Origin: an uncultured delta proteobacterium
GTDB lineage: Bacteria; Myxococcota_A; Polyangia; Polyangiales; Polyangiaceae
Direction: 5' to 3'
Length of the DNA stretch: 64,000 nt
Assembly: GCA_963841435.1 (NCBI GenBank)
Contig: CAWJCS010000003.1
Coordinates: 64,001-128,000 of the forward strand
Shown here: piece after piece, positions 63,187 to 64,000 of the stretch
Position numbering within the stretch: the first letter of the stretch is position 1
Layout: each line of letters opens with the position of its first letter
The notes under the pieces: generated by a model
The model's database searches: none
What the model was told of the DNA's origin: nothing
Seen by the model: the letters and a program-made list of their open reading frames with translations, nothing else
Program-made: the position numbers and the translations under genes

Positions 63187-64000
63187 ACCGCCTCGACGCG
63201 CCGCGCGAAGCCCGAAAGCAGCGTGAGCCCGAGCTGCCCGAAGCGCGCCGCCGGCGCCGGCGGTTGTCCACCGTGTGGCTCGTGCCGATCGCGGCGCTCG
63301 GGCTCGTCGCGTACCTCGCCTACAGTTGGTTTTCCACGCGGGGCCCCGAGATCACCATCACGTTCGAGACGGCGGACGGCCTCGCCGCGCAGCAAACCGA
63401 GGTTCGCTACAAGGCCGTCGCGCTCGGGCTCGTCGAGTCGATCAGGCTGAGCGACGACGCGTCTCACGTCGTCGCCACGGTGCGGATGAACGAGGAGGCG
63501 GAGGACCTGCTCACCGATCATGCTCGCTTCTGGGTCGTTCGACCGCGCCTCAACGGGGGCCCACAAGCGCTGGAGGTCGGTCTCGAAACGCTGGTCTCCG
63601 GCGCCTACGTCGCGATGGACCCGGGAGCCAAGCGGGGGAAATCCAGCTCGCACTTCAAGGGGCTCGAGAAGCCACCGAGCGTGCGCTCCGACGAGCCGGG
63701 CACCGTGTACTTCGTCGATAGCGCCGACGCCGGCAGCCTGTTCAACCGGCGCTCCCGTGTACTTTCGTGACGTGAGCGTGGGGGAGATCCTAGGGCACGA
63801 GCTTTTGGGTCAGCACGTCAAGCTGCGCGTTTTCTTGCGCGCTCCGTACGATCGCTTGATTTCGGACGACACGCGCTTTTTCGACGCTTCGGGGGCACGC
63901 GTCGTGAACGACGGCGGTGGGCTGCGTCTGGAGCTCACCTCGCTGAGCGCCCTGGCAACGGGCGCGATCTCTTTCTGGACACCTCCGCAAGCATCTTCGG
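63183..64000 (+). CDS. pqiB: PqiB / MCE-domain intermembrane transport protein (partial); frameshift near 63741
   Basis: VWLVPI, GPEITITFETADGL, VRYK.V.LG.V, RFWVVRPR, LETLVSGAY. After removing one T: GSLSTGAPVYFRDVSVG...RAPYD...TRFF. Confidence 0.9.

Overview
High-GC myxobacterial (Polyangiales/Sorangiineae-like, inferred from gene content) chromosomal window with about 45 genes and no tRNA, rRNA or CRISPR that I can see. About 14 single-base indels split otherwise intact genes, which points to long-read sequencing error. Left part (1-47.7 kb): (1) SahR-type regulator plus metH, with a visible sigma70 promoter/operator; (2) Grx4-ATC-rhodanese fusion, maeB, fpg, an S1 paralogue and htpX; (3) a complete elbB-C-D-E-like ether-lipid cluster (HAD phosphatase, LarA-domain protein, FAR-ACS-ACP-acyltransferase megaenzyme with an extra SCP2-like tail, SDR); (4) apaG, a DHS-like enzyme, a RAYT-type HUH transposase flanked by short repeats, a TonB-fused TonB-dependent receptor, xthA, LysR, three Ser/Thr kinases, a GH31 lipoprotein and an FAD-oxidoreductase/membrane fusion. 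Right part (47.9-64 kb): a block of small stress/envelope genes (DUF4398-OmpA, CDF, PilZ-like, hemerythrin, YihY, YtxH, Omp85, PqiAB, plus a fourth kinase). Thirteen sigma54 -24/-12 boxes precede its transcription units, and eight of them predict leaderless or near-leaderless mRNAs. The block also holds a C39 peptidase lipoprotein next to a secreted precursor with a double-glycine motif and a hydrophobic 24-aa tail. The best candidates for undescribed biology are this peptidase/precursor pair, the sigma54 leaderless regulon, and nickel-pincer-type residues in the ElbC homologue. All calls come from reading motifs by eye; no database search was run.
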